The translations under genes were made by a program, and so were the position numbers. 64,000 nucleotides of DNA from Macrostomum lignano (lineage: Eukaryota): NCBI GenBank assembly GCA_002269645.1, contig NIVC01001277.1:124001-188000 (forward strand). The letters run 5' to 3'. Each line of letters starts with the position of its first letter. Positions within the stretch are counted from its first letter, which is position 1. A model generated the notes under the pieces. It saw only the letters and a program-made list of their open reading frames with translations. It had not been told where the DNA came from and did not search any database. Positions 1-12,399 of the stretch are shown in pieces.

Positions 1-343
<343 letters not shown>

Positions 344-501
344 CACACAGAGTAGCTTAGCGGTTAGACTGTAATTGTGAGTGTTTAGTGGGACCTTTCT
401 ATTAAACGCTGCCTTGCAGTCCCGCAGAACATGCAGTAGCTCTCTGCATGACAGGCAGAGGCAAGAGCTCAGTGGGATCGAATTTCACCACTCTTACTCA
501 C

Positions 502-647
502 TTGAGGCCGACCAGAATTTCAACGCATGTGCTAAAATTTCCAAGCCGAAATGCGGTGACAGCCAGCCGGGCGATCGAGTTGAACAGCGACAGTCGCTCC
601 TCTGGTGACGGCTGCGTGACGATGAGGTGCGTGATCCAGGAGCTCAC
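502..647 (-). CDS. Exon: CDC25 RasGEF domain (VSSWITHLIVTQPSPEERLSLFNSIARLAVTAFRLGNFSTCVEILVGLK)
   Basis: Not in ORF track (no ATG). Acceptor cgtaag| and donor CTCAA|GTGAGT. Matches the CDC25 VSSW...GNF...EI..GL pattern; human PLCE1, from memory, has EVSSWVTWLIL...MGNYNAVMEFLAGL. Confidence 0.85.
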
Positions 648-1187
648 CTTACGAATGAGGAAGATTGAGAATCGACTGGTGGGTGTTTGCAGATATCAGA
701 AATAATCGCTGATTTGCCAAAAGGGTGACGGAGTGCGCAGAAGAATCAAAACCCCGTGTATTGAGTTGCATGCATTGACGGCATTCTGTTATTCCTTTCA
801 GAGCCCGAATTTACCAAGGAATTTTCCAAATGGGAGGCAGGAAATGATGAGGAATGGAGAGATGGACAAGCCAGACCTAAGGAAATATGACTAATTAATC
901 CTCGTAATTTGAGTGAAAAATAATTGACATAAAAATGAAGGCCACTCAGCATTGATCATTTATGGACAGGCAGTCCTTATATGGTAGGGCACTACTCTAA
1001 TATCGTAAGTAAAATCCCATTCCTTAGCAATTAGTGAGCAGGTTTTTCAGTCTTCGAGATGCAGAAGATGAAATTCTTAAGATGCCTGCAAATCGCGTTC
1101 TGTCCCATATTGAGAACCGCATTGAGAACCTCAATAGACAATAATTTTTTTCAGGGCATCAAATGACAAATCTTGGTCGGGCATTCT

Positions 1188-1418
1188 TACAATGCTGGCT
1201 ACAGATACAGATGTGACCCCCCCTCTTACAATGCTGGCTACAGATACAGATGTGACCCCCCCTCTTACAATGCTGGCTACAGATACAGATGTGACCCCCC
1301 CTCTTACAATGCTGGCTACAGATATAGATGTGACCCCCCCTCTTACAATGCTGGCTACAGATACAGATGTGACCCCCCCTCTTACAATGCTGGCTACAGA
1401 TACAGATGTGACCCCCTT
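1188..1418. repeat. 39-bp minisatellite, ~6 copies
   Basis: Unit ACAATGCTGGCTACAGATACAGATGTGACCCCCCCTCTT. Confidence 0.95.
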
Positions 1419-1439
1419 CGAGCGCTCGCGCAGCCGCAC

Positions 1440-1737
1440 AATGAGATCTTTGACCGTCTTGTCGCTCTGACCGCCGCCCAGACCTGCCTTGGTAGTGTCG
1501 AAAGCTACGCTGCGCAGGTAGGCCTGAGGCGGAACAGACAGGAACAGGCGGTGCTCGCTGTCAGACATGAGCAGGGCCACCTCCTCGGGAAAGTGGATCA
1601 GAGCCTGCAGTTCCTCGAGCTCGTCGGAGTGCACCATGGTGGCCTCAATGTCTGAACGCAGCAGAATGTGCCGACGGTGCAGATCTGTCGGGTGAAGTCG
1701 AGCATCTCTGTCGAGTTTTGACAGTCTGAGTCTTATG
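1440..1737 (-). CDS. Exon: start of CDC25 RasGEF domain (DELEELQALIHFPEEVALLMSDSEHRLFLSVPPQAYL...TVKDLI)
   Basis: Within ORF 1131..1760. Phase-2 acceptor ctttag|. FPEEVA motif as in the PLC-epsilon RasGEF. The donor position is uncertain (1440 or within the adjacent 39-bp repeat). Confidence 0.8.
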
Positions 1738-1874
1738 CTAAAGTGATTCAAGAGTCCCATTGGGAATCAGTAAAACAGTAAGATTCACCAGAATCGAGGC
1801 AGCTCTGGCATTGTACAGACATAAGTTCAGTTTTTTTAGTTATTAGATGGGTCACCTTTCAAAATTCGTTTCAC

Positions 1875-2023
1875 CTGTCGGCTTGAATGAAGTCTTTGAA
1901 GTGCCATTCCGTTATTAAAATCTGCTTCCTTTTCCACACTTCCCTTGAGCGAAGCCTTGCACGCGCTTGGCTTTGGAAAGTGGAGAAAGCTTTTCTTGAC
2001 CCCAGAAAGTCGGATGGTTTGTA
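1875..2023 (-). CDS. Probable linker exon (YKPSDFLGSRKAF...REVWKRKQILITEWHFKDFIQAD)
   Basis: catttag| acceptor (phase 0) and GACAG|GTGAAA donor (phase 2). Open frame; phases join the FERM-C exon to the CDC25 exon. Confidence 0.6.
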
Positions 2024-2279
2024 CTAAATGCTTCTGTCTCCCATCAAAAAGTTATTGATTGTCCAGTTGGCGTTTATACTCGTGTGGATACTTGTTTATT
2101 ATTTGTCTAGTTTTACGTTGAGAACGTGGGGAAAAGCTCACTGAGATACCGGAGGCTTCTTCGAAACCACCAACGGGAAATTTTTGCGATTTAGTTAGTG
2201 TTTACCGCTGAGCTGTTTTGTCCCTCATCGAGTATTCTCATAGAATCATCTTACCGAACTCTAGGCTGCTCCGTCTAAC

Positions 2280-2678
2280 CAGAAGCCCGTCGCACTCGAG
2301 AACTTCGCACAGTGCCAAAGACAGCGATCGAAGCGTGTCCTCGCCAGGGCACAGCAGCGTCCAGGGTCTGCAGGCCTGGAACTCCAGCTCCACCGCGTGC
2401 GCCGCGGGCGGCCGACGGGTCAGGTGCCACTGGCGCAGCTCCGAGACTGGCTGCGACCGGATGAGCGACTTGGTCTTGCCGTCCAGCAGCACGATGCGCT
2501 CCTCCGAGATGCCGAGCAGTCGGGACTGCTTGCGCTGCAGGCCACTCCGCGGCAGCTCCTTCACCTGGTAGATTTTGCAGCCATATGAGGGCAGTTTCCG
2601 GCAGAGTTTGGCGTACATCTGCTTCAGCTTCATCTCGTTATCGTAGAACGGTGTGTGCCACAGTTTGCTGTGCTTCTC
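2280..2678 (-). CDS. Exon: end of FERM B-lobe and FERM C (PTB/PH-like) lobe
   Basis: EKHSKLWHTPFYDNEMKLKQMYAKLCRKLPSYGCKIYQVKE...RLLGISEERIVLLD resembles the talin-type Y..LCR.LPtYG...F.VKE motif. ttccag| acceptor. Candidate donors CTG|GTTAGA (2280) or TTCG|GTAAGA (2255); in-frame stop at 2238 if unspliced. Confidence 0.8.
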
Positions 2679-4483
2679 CTGGAAATGTGTTAGTTAGTTT
2701 AGTTTGCAGAGGGGCTTATGAAAATGCCACGAACCAAGCCGACAGTCTTTCGTCAATGTAAACCGTCTGTGCCTTTGTGGTTGTCTCTTATATACGAGAA
2801 GCCTCCAGACCAAATTTTGTGCAAGAGAGGCAAATTAATGCGGCCCCCCACGGAACCGAACCTGGCTACTGTGGCTCAAGAGTCGGACGCGTCAAACGTT
2901 GAGCTGCTCTGCCACTCGAAGTGTGTGAACGTGATTGGCATTTAGAAGTTCGTTCGATTTTTTTTATCATCAAGAAGCTAGATTGGTTTATCCAATATGT
3001 AATTTTTACATGCATTTTCAAGTGCATCTGATTAACTGGGAAAACTTGCCGATTAGTTGTCTTTCTGGTGAGAGTCAGCAGGGTGTGCGACTTAAAAGTA
3101 GCTGGAAATTCCATGGCCGAAATCATGGCGATAACCGGCCAGAAGTGCGAAAAGACCTTCGCCGATATCTCTCAATCAGACGTGACAAGGTGCTAAAGAA
3201 GTGCAGCGACGCCGTAAGCAAGGTACTGGACATGGAGAAAAACACTACACCGGATTCAGATGGCCATGTTAGTACAAGCGCGTGCCCATCAGCCAGTACT
3301 ACAGATGGCCCAGTAGTCAACACAAGCGTCTGCCCAGGCAACATCCAGAGCTCAACGGTCCAGGAGGCGGTCAACTTCGCAAACGCTCATCCAAATGGCA
3401 AGAACATCTTCGTCATGAAAAATCGCACGTTCAACCAATGCAGTCTGTGAGAATGCTGGCTGCAACTGACACCACAAGCCAAAATATTTCAAGAGACTTT
3501 AGCCCTCTTGAAATTTGACTGTATTTCCTAGTGTTTCTTGTCATATTTTTGTTACTGTGCATTGTTCTATTGTATTGTATTGTTACTGTGTGGTATGCTG
3601 TTTTTCCAAAATAATTGTGGACATTATCCACAAGTCGTCGACATTATCCAGAACCCAAGGACATTATCCAGAAGTGACGCTAGAACCACAGGCTATAAAG
3701 TAAAATCAAAGTTTTTACCACAGTACTGACTAGCGACAATGTCTATGGAGTTTCTTGCAAGGCATCTTTCTGCATAGCCTTTCTGGCGGATCAATTTTTA
3801 GAAAATTGATTTAAAATATACAGACGAACCTACCCTCGGATATTTCCCTCGGGAACAAAGCAATAAATATTGGTAAAAGTTTCTTTTTGTCTGACAGAGA
3901 AAGAGAGAAATCTGCCACTTCGCTTCATCCGCCCCAGCGGAAGCGGCGGTTATGTGGCGCTGAATACAAAAAAACTATCTGGAATCCGGGACACCGCGGC
4001 GGGGGGGCGGCTTCAGTTTTAATTTCCTGCAATCCCGGCCTCGCTCTACCCGTGACGTGGATCCTAAAGAGAAAGTGAGACAGAGATGATAAGAGAGAGG
4101 GGGGGGCACTCGGGGATTAGGACTCGACGGGCTTCCTCCGGCCCTAATTCTTAATTAATTAGCCGAGGTGGAAAAAGTTCACGTATCAACTGGGGGCGGC
4201 TGCCCTGACTCTCCGGCCCCTCCCGCAGCCCTGCGTCAGCATCGGGATAATAATATGTAGGCTGCCGGATGGACTCAGATGACAGACACATTTCAAGGGT
4301 GATCCTTCGAGAGCATGGGACGAGATTTTTATCGACCCAGAACAGTATAGCTCTACCTAGAGCTTTAGCCCTTGGCAACTGCTCAGCATACGGTCGCGTT
4401 TATATGGATCCAACGCGGCTTATGACCTTGATATGACTATCTTGATTTCTACTCTTGATTTTATGAGCCAACCTTTTGCTTAC

Positions 4484-4663
4484 CTGAATCAGAGCGTGCA
4501 CCTTGCCGCTATTGTGGTAGTCCGGCGGCAGATAGCGAGCCAGAATTCGCTTCATCTCCTCCAGCTGCCTGTCCTCTTCGACATTCTCGCTGACGCAGGA
4601 GAGCTGCTTCATCAGGCGTTTTTTACCGACAGACACTCTTCCAGGTGACCATTTGCCCTGCTG
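4484..4663 (-). CDS. Exon: FERM B-lobe (…EEMKRILARYLPPDYHNSGKVHALIQ)
   Basis: Donor ATTCAG|GTAAGC (phase 0). Tandem acceptors ttcag/cag/cag upstream restore frame with the 4752..4973 exon. Confidence 0.75.
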
Positions 4664-4751
4664 CTGAACAGCACGGGTTGGGAAATGGTTTTGGCACTCT
4701 GAATGCCAGTTCTGTCTTCCCAGCATCCCTCCGTCCTCTCTCAGCACTCAC

Positions 4752-4973
4752 CGATCTCAAAAACTCCTTTCGTCGGCTTGCAACGTCGCCTCGATGCCAG
4801 GCGCCGCCGAACCCGCTGAAGGCGCCAGCAAAACTGAAGGCGCCGCTGCCGCCGCCGCCACCACCGCCGCCTTCCTCGGGCCACGCGTCGTCCAAGTGCA
4901 GCTGCATGGCTGCCAAGGTTGCTGCTTCGTCCTTAGTGCAGGGCAAGTCCCCGCTAGTGACCATCTGTTTGAA
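4752..4973 (-). CDS. Exon: FERM B-lobe (FKQMVTSGDLPCTKDEAATLAAMQLHL)
   Basis: tttcag| acceptor and TCG|GTGAGT donor. FERM-central G.LPC...A..LAA.QL motif. Confidence 0.8.
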
Positions 4974-5039
4974 CTGAAATTAACAGCAGTCGGTTCAACT
5001 TTCAAACATTACGCAAAGGAAACTGAAAGAAAAACTTAC

Positions 5040-5111
5040 CTTTTTGTACTCAATATTGACGGTTTCGCCTTTCTCCTTGCCCTCCGGGTTTTTTGACTTG
5101 CATTGCTGCTC
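5040..5111 (-). CDS. Exon: first helix of FERM B-lobe (EQQCKSKNPEGKEKGETVNIEYKK)
   Basis: tattag| acceptor and AAG|GTAAGT donor. Spliced NIEYKKFKQMVTSGDLPC has the same spacing as talin NLLYVQARDDILNGSHPV. Confidence 0.7.
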
Positions 5112-5179
5112 CTAATATATAAAGTAGGCTTTTTTTGTTTCGGCAGTGCAGAAATCTGGAAATACAATACCGCACCGAA

Positions 5180-7050
5180 CTTCTGAAACACTGCATCCAA
5201 CTCTAGAAACACTACATCCTGCTCTAGAAACACTGCATCCAACTCTATTTAAACACTGCATCCAACTCTAGAAACACTGCATCCAACTCTATAAACACTG
5301 CATCCAACTCTAGAAACACCGCATCCAACCCTAAAAACACTGCATCCAACTCTAGAAACACTACATCCTGCTCTAGAAACACTGCATCCAACTCTATTTA
5401 AACACTGCATCCAACTCTAGAAACACTGCATCCAACTCTATTTAAACACTGCATCCGACTCTAGAAACACTGCATCCAACTCTATAAACACTGCATCCAA
5501 CTCTAGAAACACCGCATCCAACCCTAAAAACACTGCATCCAACTCTAGAAACACTGCATCCAACTCTATTTAAACACTGCATCCAACTCTAGAAACACTG
5601 CATCCAACTCTATTTAAACACTGCATCCAACTCTATTTAAACACTGCATCCAACTCTAGAAACACTGCATCCAACTCTAGAAACACTGCATCCAACTCTA
5701 TTGAAACACTGCATCCAACTCTATTTAAACACTGCATCCAACTCTATTGAAACACTGCACCCAACTCTATTTAAACACTGCATCCAACTCTATTGAAACA
5801 CTGCATCCAACTCTATTGAAACACTGCATCCAACTCTATTGAAACACTGCATCCAACTCTATTGAAACACTGCATCCAACTCTATTTAAACACTGCATCC
5901 AACTCTATTGAAACACTGCATCCAACTCTATTGAAACACTGCATCCAACTCTATTTAAACACTGCATCCAACTCTATTAAAACACTGCATCCAACTCTAT
6001 TTAAACACTGCATCCAACTCTATTGAAACACTGCATCCAACTCTATTTAAACACTGCATCCAACTCTAAAAACACTGCATCCAACTCTATTTAAACACTG
6101 CATCCAACTCTATTGAAACACTGCATCCAACTCTATTTAAACACTGCATCCAACTCTATTGAAACACTGCATCCAACTCTATTGAAACACTGCATCCAAC
6201 TCTATTTAAACACTGCATCCAACTCTATTGAAACACTGCATCCAACTCTATTTAAACACTGCATCCAACTCTATTGAAACACTGCATCCAACTCTATTTA
6301 AACACTGCATCCAACTCTATTTAAACACTGCATCCAACTCTATTGAAACACTGCATCCAACTCTATTGAAACACTGCATCCAACTCTATTTAAACACTGC
6401 ATCCAACTCTATTGAAACACTGCATCCAACTCTATTTAAACACTGCATCCAACTCTATTGAAACACTGCATCCAACTCTATTTAAACACTGCATCCAACT
6501 CTATTGAAACACTGCATCCAACTCTATTGAAACAATGCATCCAACTCTATTGAAACACTGCATCCAACTCTATTTAAACACTGCATCCAACTCTAAAAAC
6601 ACTGCATCCAACTCTATTTAAACACTGCATCCAACTCTATTTAAACACTGCATCCAACTCTATTGAAACACTGCATCCAACTCTATTGAAACACTGCATC
6701 CAACTCTATTTAAACACTGCATCCAACTCTATTTAAACACTGCATCCAACTCTATTTAAACACTGCATCCAACTCTATTGAAACACTGCATCCAACTCTA
6801 TTGAAACACTGCATCCAACTCTATTTAAACACTGCATCCAACTCTAAAAACACTGCATCCAACTCTATTTAAACACTGCATCCAACTCTATTTAAACACT
6901 GCATCCAACTCTATTGAAACACTGCATCCAACTCTATTGAAACACTGCATCCAACTCTATTTAAACACTGCATCCAACTCTATTTAAACACTGCATCCAA
7001 CTCTATTTAAACACTGCATCCAACTCTACGAGCTAGAAACACTGCATTTA
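5180..7050. repeat. 21-23-bp minisatellite, ~80 copies
   Basis: Unit AAACACTGCATCCAACTCTATT(T/G), with a CTCTAG variant. Confidence 0.97.
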
Positions 7051-7124
7051 AGTTCCAAAACACTTCAAGTCGAACACAGTCTCAACTGTCCCAAAACGCA
7101 AAAGTCCCTCTCAGCAATACGCAC

Positions 7125-8225
7125 GCAAGACTTGATGAAGCTCCAGACGCCCTGACACCAGACTCGCTCCGAGTCGCCTAACGTGGCTAACAGTCCTAGC
7201 AATTCTTTGACGTCGTCCTTGGCCAGCAGCAGGTCAGAAGGTGACGTCCGAGCCCAAGTCTCCAACAGTCGACAGGTGGCCACAGCAGAGGCGGCAGGGA
7301 CGGCTGCTAAATCTGGCAAAGTTGGGGAGATTCGGTTCTGCTGCTGGTTTTGCTGATGTTGCTGGTGTGGGTTCTGTTGTTGTTGTGAGGATTCCTGACA
7401 TTTTATGCCAGTCATGTTCGCTGCCGGTAGATTTACAAGCTGACGCTGCAATGCAACCAATTCTGTTGCGGCTGTTGCCTCTGCTTCGCATCTGGCACAG
7501 CGACAGCAACTGTGCTCCTTGTCTGCCTGTTGGTGCTGGTTCTGATGCTGGTGCTGGTGCTGGTGCTTATGCTTATGCTGGTGCTCGTGCTGATGCTGCT
7601 GGTTCAGCCCTTTGCTATTAGATCCCCGCAGAGAAGCTCTGCCCCAACGGAAAAGCCATCGTTCTCCAACTGCCTCGTGCTGATGCTGCTGCTGGTGCTG
7701 CCTGGCGTTCTCAACTCCGCCAGTTGCTCCTAGCAAAGACAAATAGTCATTGTCCTCTTCGTCACCTCCAGCTGTCCTCGCTGAGATCTGATCTTCACTC
7801 TCCTCCGCCGGATGACCAGAAGTCGCAGGTGCTACAGGTGCCGTCTCAATACCACCAGTCGTTGCCAGATCTTTGCGTCTCTCCGCCGTCTCCCAGGGGC
7901 AAACTGGGTCCTCGTCTTCCGGCGGCGATGGCGGAGGCGGCGGCGGCGGCTGTGGCCGCGGCTGGTGCTGCGGTGTTGGCGGCGACGGCTCTGCCGAGTA
8001 GAACTTCTCCGATCGACGCTCCCTGTACTGCCGGCAGAACAGCCGATGGTTGAGCAGCCGGACTAGGATCTGGGGATGCGCCAGGCACGGCAGGGCGACC
8101 ACCAAAGCATCGGCGAGGCAGCGCTCCTCAAGCAGGAGCGACTCCGCGCCAGCATCTGCTGAGCCTAAGAGATACTTCAGGGCTGCCGATGGAAGACTCA
8201 GGCCGGAAGGCAGACGAATGTCGGG
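7125..8225 (-). CDS. Large exon: RasGEF-N (REM)-like helices with long Q/H/P low-complexity inserts
   Basis: ORF 7065..8246. tttcag| acceptor and TGC|GTGCGT donor (phase 0). ALPCLAHPQILVRLLNHRLF and CRLLETWARTSPSDLL resemble REM helices. Confidence 0.7.
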
Positions 8226-9049
8226 CTGAAACATATTTAGAATCACTCGTGAGTAGGGTCAATTCTCTAATTCTTCAAGCACTTTATTGCATACCGGAAT
8301 AATGGATGCAACCGGAAGCCGGCAAACAAGCCGAGTTCCAGACTGTTTGTGACTTTCTTAGTCTTTCTATTCAGTTTATCTGCCCTCGGCTCTGTTTACT
8401 CTGTTTTCTCTCCCTCTGTCCAGTTCAGTCTTGTTGTTCTTATCTCTCTCCCTCGCTGCCATCTGATTGGCTCTTCAATTTCGCCTCTTTTTTTAGTCGC
8501 GCGCACTATACTCCTCTTTTTTATCTGCACTCGGACTCGACTCCCTTTAGTTTAATGTCCGATAAATGTACTCGTTTGGGCCCCGCCGTCCTAATTACTG
8601 CTTCTATTCAAGTCCAATTAATCTGTTCTAATTCTAATTTAAGTAACATAAATAATTAAATAGCATCATTTAGCAACTATTTAAATAGTTCACACTTGGT
8701 AGCCCCACCCAAATGCTATACTTGTTGATTCTCGATAAATTTTCCTCATTTACACACAACAGATTGCCGAGTTTCCGAGCAGCTTCACGCACGATGTGGC
8801 ATAACTTATGTTGTGTTGTGCAAAAAGATTCCGCCCTCCGATGAGTCAGCTCTAGCGTGTAACTCATTCCCTAAGCGCCCTCACACTCACTGTTTGCTAC
8901 GCGCTGATTGGCTGGGCGTTTTTGCTTGTTTACCCCTCCCCCACCCTTGGCTGACCTACGTGCTCCACTTTCTCTCCTTGCGCGGCGGCGATTGGCTGGG
9001 AGGAGTCTGGGTGGGGACGCTGTCTGCGCGGCCTCCCCCATGTTGCAGG

Positions 9050-9746
9050 CAAGGATGACTTAAGTAGAAGGACGGGAAACCTCGTTTCTTAGAAAATTTT
9101 TGGAGGCACTTTTTTCCGAAAAAATACACTACGGAGATAGGAAATTTTCATTTTTTCAGCACAAAAATTGCTATTACTTTTGATAGGAGGCAGATCCAGT
9201 GCTCATCTTTTGATATGTTGTGCCTTTTTTATTTCTCTATCGATATTTATAAAGCTTTTCGTTCAGAAAATTAGGATTCTATGTCAATTTTTTATTCTCC
9301 GTATATTTTCACGTGTCTTGTGATTGAAATACATTAGAATGCCACGGCTCGGCTCTTTGGTTTTAGAAGTCTATTTTATCATTCTTAACTGACTGTTTAG
9401 CAAATATTCGTAACAGAGAAGATAAAATAGATTCATAAAAGCAAATATTGGAGCTGTGTCATGCATTTTTGTGATTTTTAAATACAGGAAATGTACGTAG
9501 AATAAAAAATTAACATAGAATCCAAATTTTCTGAACGAAAAGCTTTATGAATATCGATAGAGCAATAAAAAAGGCACAACATATCAAAAGATGAGCACTG
9601 GATCTGCCTCCTATCAAAAGTAATATCAATTTTTGTGCTGAAAAAATGAAAATTTCCTATCTCCGTAGTGTATTTTTTCGGAAAAAGTGCCTCCAAAAAT
9701 TTTCTAAGAAACGAGGTTTCCCGTCCTTCTACTTAAGTCGTCCTTG
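9050..9746. mobile_element. MITE with ~260-bp TIRs and 8-bp TSD (hAT or P superfamily)
   Basis: 9050-~9310 is the near-perfect reverse complement of ~9486-9746; termini CAAGG...CCTTG; TSD GTTGCAGG at 9042-9049 and 9747-9754; no ORF. Confidence 0.9.
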
Positions 9747-10794
9747 GTTGCAGGCTGTAGTCTATCCAATTGTTGCCAAATTGACGTGACCAACTTTTTC
9801 ACTAAAGTGCCCTGGAAGACACCAAGTAGCATTAGACCCATGCAGTTTCAAAAAGATTAGATAAACGTCATCCAGACGCCGCACAAGGCCGAAGTTACAC
9901 TTCGAGTGGCTTGCCGTCAGCTGCTGCCGTCTAAACAGAGTACATGTAAGTATATTTTTCTGTCTTAATTATTTCGGTTGCCTGGGGGACTAAGGCAACT
10001 GACGACTAAGCTGCAGGTACTAGTAAGGACCCATGTACTAGTACTGTACCCTGTACATCCTACTGACTCAGAAGACTTCGGTCATCTTGAACCGATTTTG
10101 ATAATAACTGCTTTAGTTTTAAAGCCGGGTGAATTCTCTTCAACTCATTTGAGCTGCAGGTTTTTTTAAGGGAGCGCCAGACCCCAAGGGACGCCTCTCC
10201 GTGGCATCCTACTCACCAACTGGTTGATGAACTATTGGGCAGCTTGATCACCAATGACCTATGCTTAACATGCTGACACAGCTGGAACACCCATAAAACA
10301 AGTCCCATTAGGATATCGAATAAAAGTACACTTTGCTGTCTTTTTCCCACGCAGAGAGGCTATTTCACGGCGGATGCCTGATATTCTCCAATGCGGCTCA
10401 AGAATCTGCATTCCGGGCCCTTCCTGATATCCGATCGGCCACTGCCGGCGTATAATCGTAATAATTAAGCTCATTTAAATTTCTTAATCAAGTCTTAAGT
10501 CTAGCAAGATTTTGATCGAATAATGAATTATATTAACCAGCTTTGAGCGCCGAGAGAAGCACCGGATGTTTTTTCTCATCGCCGCACTAACTGATAGCCT
10601 GTCAATTAAAAGCCAAACCTCTCTGCATAATTGACTCTCTGCCCTCCTTCTGCAGTGCTTTCCTACTGGCACTTTAATTACATTGCCAATTCTTCAATTG
10701 ACTCGACAGGAATACCAAAGTATCTTTTCAATTTGGACACAAGGAACTGGCATCCAATTTTGTACACTTTGGATTAGAAGCAACAGCAGCAGCC

Positions 10795-11250
10795 ACCTCC
10801 AGATGTACACACGTAACTACCTCCAAATGTACACACGTAACCACCTCCCGTTGTACACACGTAAACACCTCCAGATGTACACACATAAACACCTCCAGAT
10901 GTACACACATAAACACCTCCAGATGTACACACATAAACACCTCCAGATGTACACACATAAACACCTCCAGATGTACACACATAAACACCTCCAGATGTAC
11001 ACACATAAACACCTCCAGATGTACACATATAAACACCTCCAGATGTACACATATAAACACCTCCAGATGTACACACATAAACACCTCCAAATGTACACAC
11101 GTAAACACCTCCAGATGTACACAAGTAACCACCTCCAGATGTACACGAGTAACCACCTCCCGATGTACACAAGTAACCACCTCCAGATGTACACACACAC
11201 ACACGTAACCACCTCCAGATTTAAACACGTAACCACCTCCCGATGTACAC
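10795..11250. repeat. 24-bp minisatellite
   Basis: Unit AAACACCTCCAGATGTACACACAT. Confidence 0.95.
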
Positions 11251-11404
11251 CCGCCGCCGCCTCCCCATGTGCAAGCAAATTCAATCCCAGCCGCTTCCAA
11301 GTCTAAAAATAGAAACCAAGCCCCAAAGTGTTCCCCAGGCTCAAATGAACACACAGCCTACTAATGCGATCCGCAAGCAGTTGTATATTGAGGAGTACAC
11401 TTAC

Positions 11405-11577
11405 GTCGGTGAGTAGCAGCACCACAGCCTCAAGTGAGCAAGCCTTCAGTTCGCCCTCCTCGTCGAGACAGAATTGATCACCAAAAGCCATTCGTTCAAC
11501 GTAAGCGTCTTCCTGTCGGTACTGATGTTGCTGCTGATGCTGATGTTGTGTCTGACCCGATGCTGTCCACAGTTGTA
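11405..11577 (-). CDS. Exon: REM-like start (FCLDEEGELKACSLEAVVLLLTD)
   Basis: tttttaag| acceptor (phase 1) and GAC|GTAAGT donor (phase 0). Resembles the REM 'kagtLekLve.LT' start. Confidence 0.7.
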
Positions 11578-12144
11578 CTTAAAAATTGGATCGAGAAATG
11601 GATTGACATGAGCACGACTTGTCCAGCAGGATCATCCCGACGAGACTGACCCCCATATTAGGATCTGTCACGCAACTCATTGGAATTTAATCTGGCAATT
11701 GCGTGGCTCAGCTGCCAGCGAACTACCTTGTGATGAAAAACTCTGCATTCGACCAGTGGCAAAAGCTTTCAAAGTACTCTGCTAATAAATAAAGTCTGCG
11801 GTTGCTGCCTGCAACTTCAAGTGGCTGCCACAGTTGACTTAACTGGGAGTTGCTGAGATGCCAAGAATCAAGGGGAGAGTCGGGGTTATGATTAAAGGGT
11901 TAGACTTTCAAGAAAATTATTTCTTTTTGGCTCCCCGACCGGGGGTTAGTTACTAGTCTAATACACTAAAAACGATTTTATGGTCGTAAGTTTGATTGAA
12001 CCAATTTTAATAATCTTGGTCTCATTTTTTCAAAGTCGATCAGATCACCCAAAGCTGAATTAACAAAGCTGACAGAACTTTTGAAAACCCAGGAAGTCGG
12101 TTCTTTGGCACAAAATCAAACTACTTATAAATACTGAGACTAAC

Positions 12145-12391
12145 CTTGATTGCCGAACAGATCAAATCGACCTGCTAAGCAGCGGAACTGGCCCAGGTGT
12201 ACCAGAATTCTTGTTGCCAAGAACTTGACAAATGGCGCATAGCGGGTGGTGTGGTTGGTGTAGTACCATTCGTCAGATGGCAGCAGCAGTTGCAGCAGAC
12301 TGTCCGTGATCAGCAGGTCCAGCAGGTCCTCGTGAGTGCTGGGGTCCAGGGTCAGACAGCCGACCGCTTGCAGCAGCAGGCAGAGCAGATG
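12145..12391 (-). CDS. Exon (HLLCLLLQAVGCLTLDPS...LLLPSDEWYYTNHTTRYAPFVKFLATRILVHLG)
   Basis: tattcag| acceptor and CAAG|GTTAGT donor. Non-repetitive, protein-like tail of ORF 12140..12796. Confidence 0.75.
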
Positions 12392-12399
12392 CTGAATAG

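Noticed and set aside
4699-4751. 53-nt intron using the acceptor at 4699
   Set aside because: It leads to a premature stop; the 88-nt intron keeps the FERM frame.
2238-5111. FERM exons as an independent complete gene
   Set aside because: No F1 lobe or start exon is visible, and donors before the 2238 stop allow in-frame continuation to CDC25. Disfavoured but not fully excluded.
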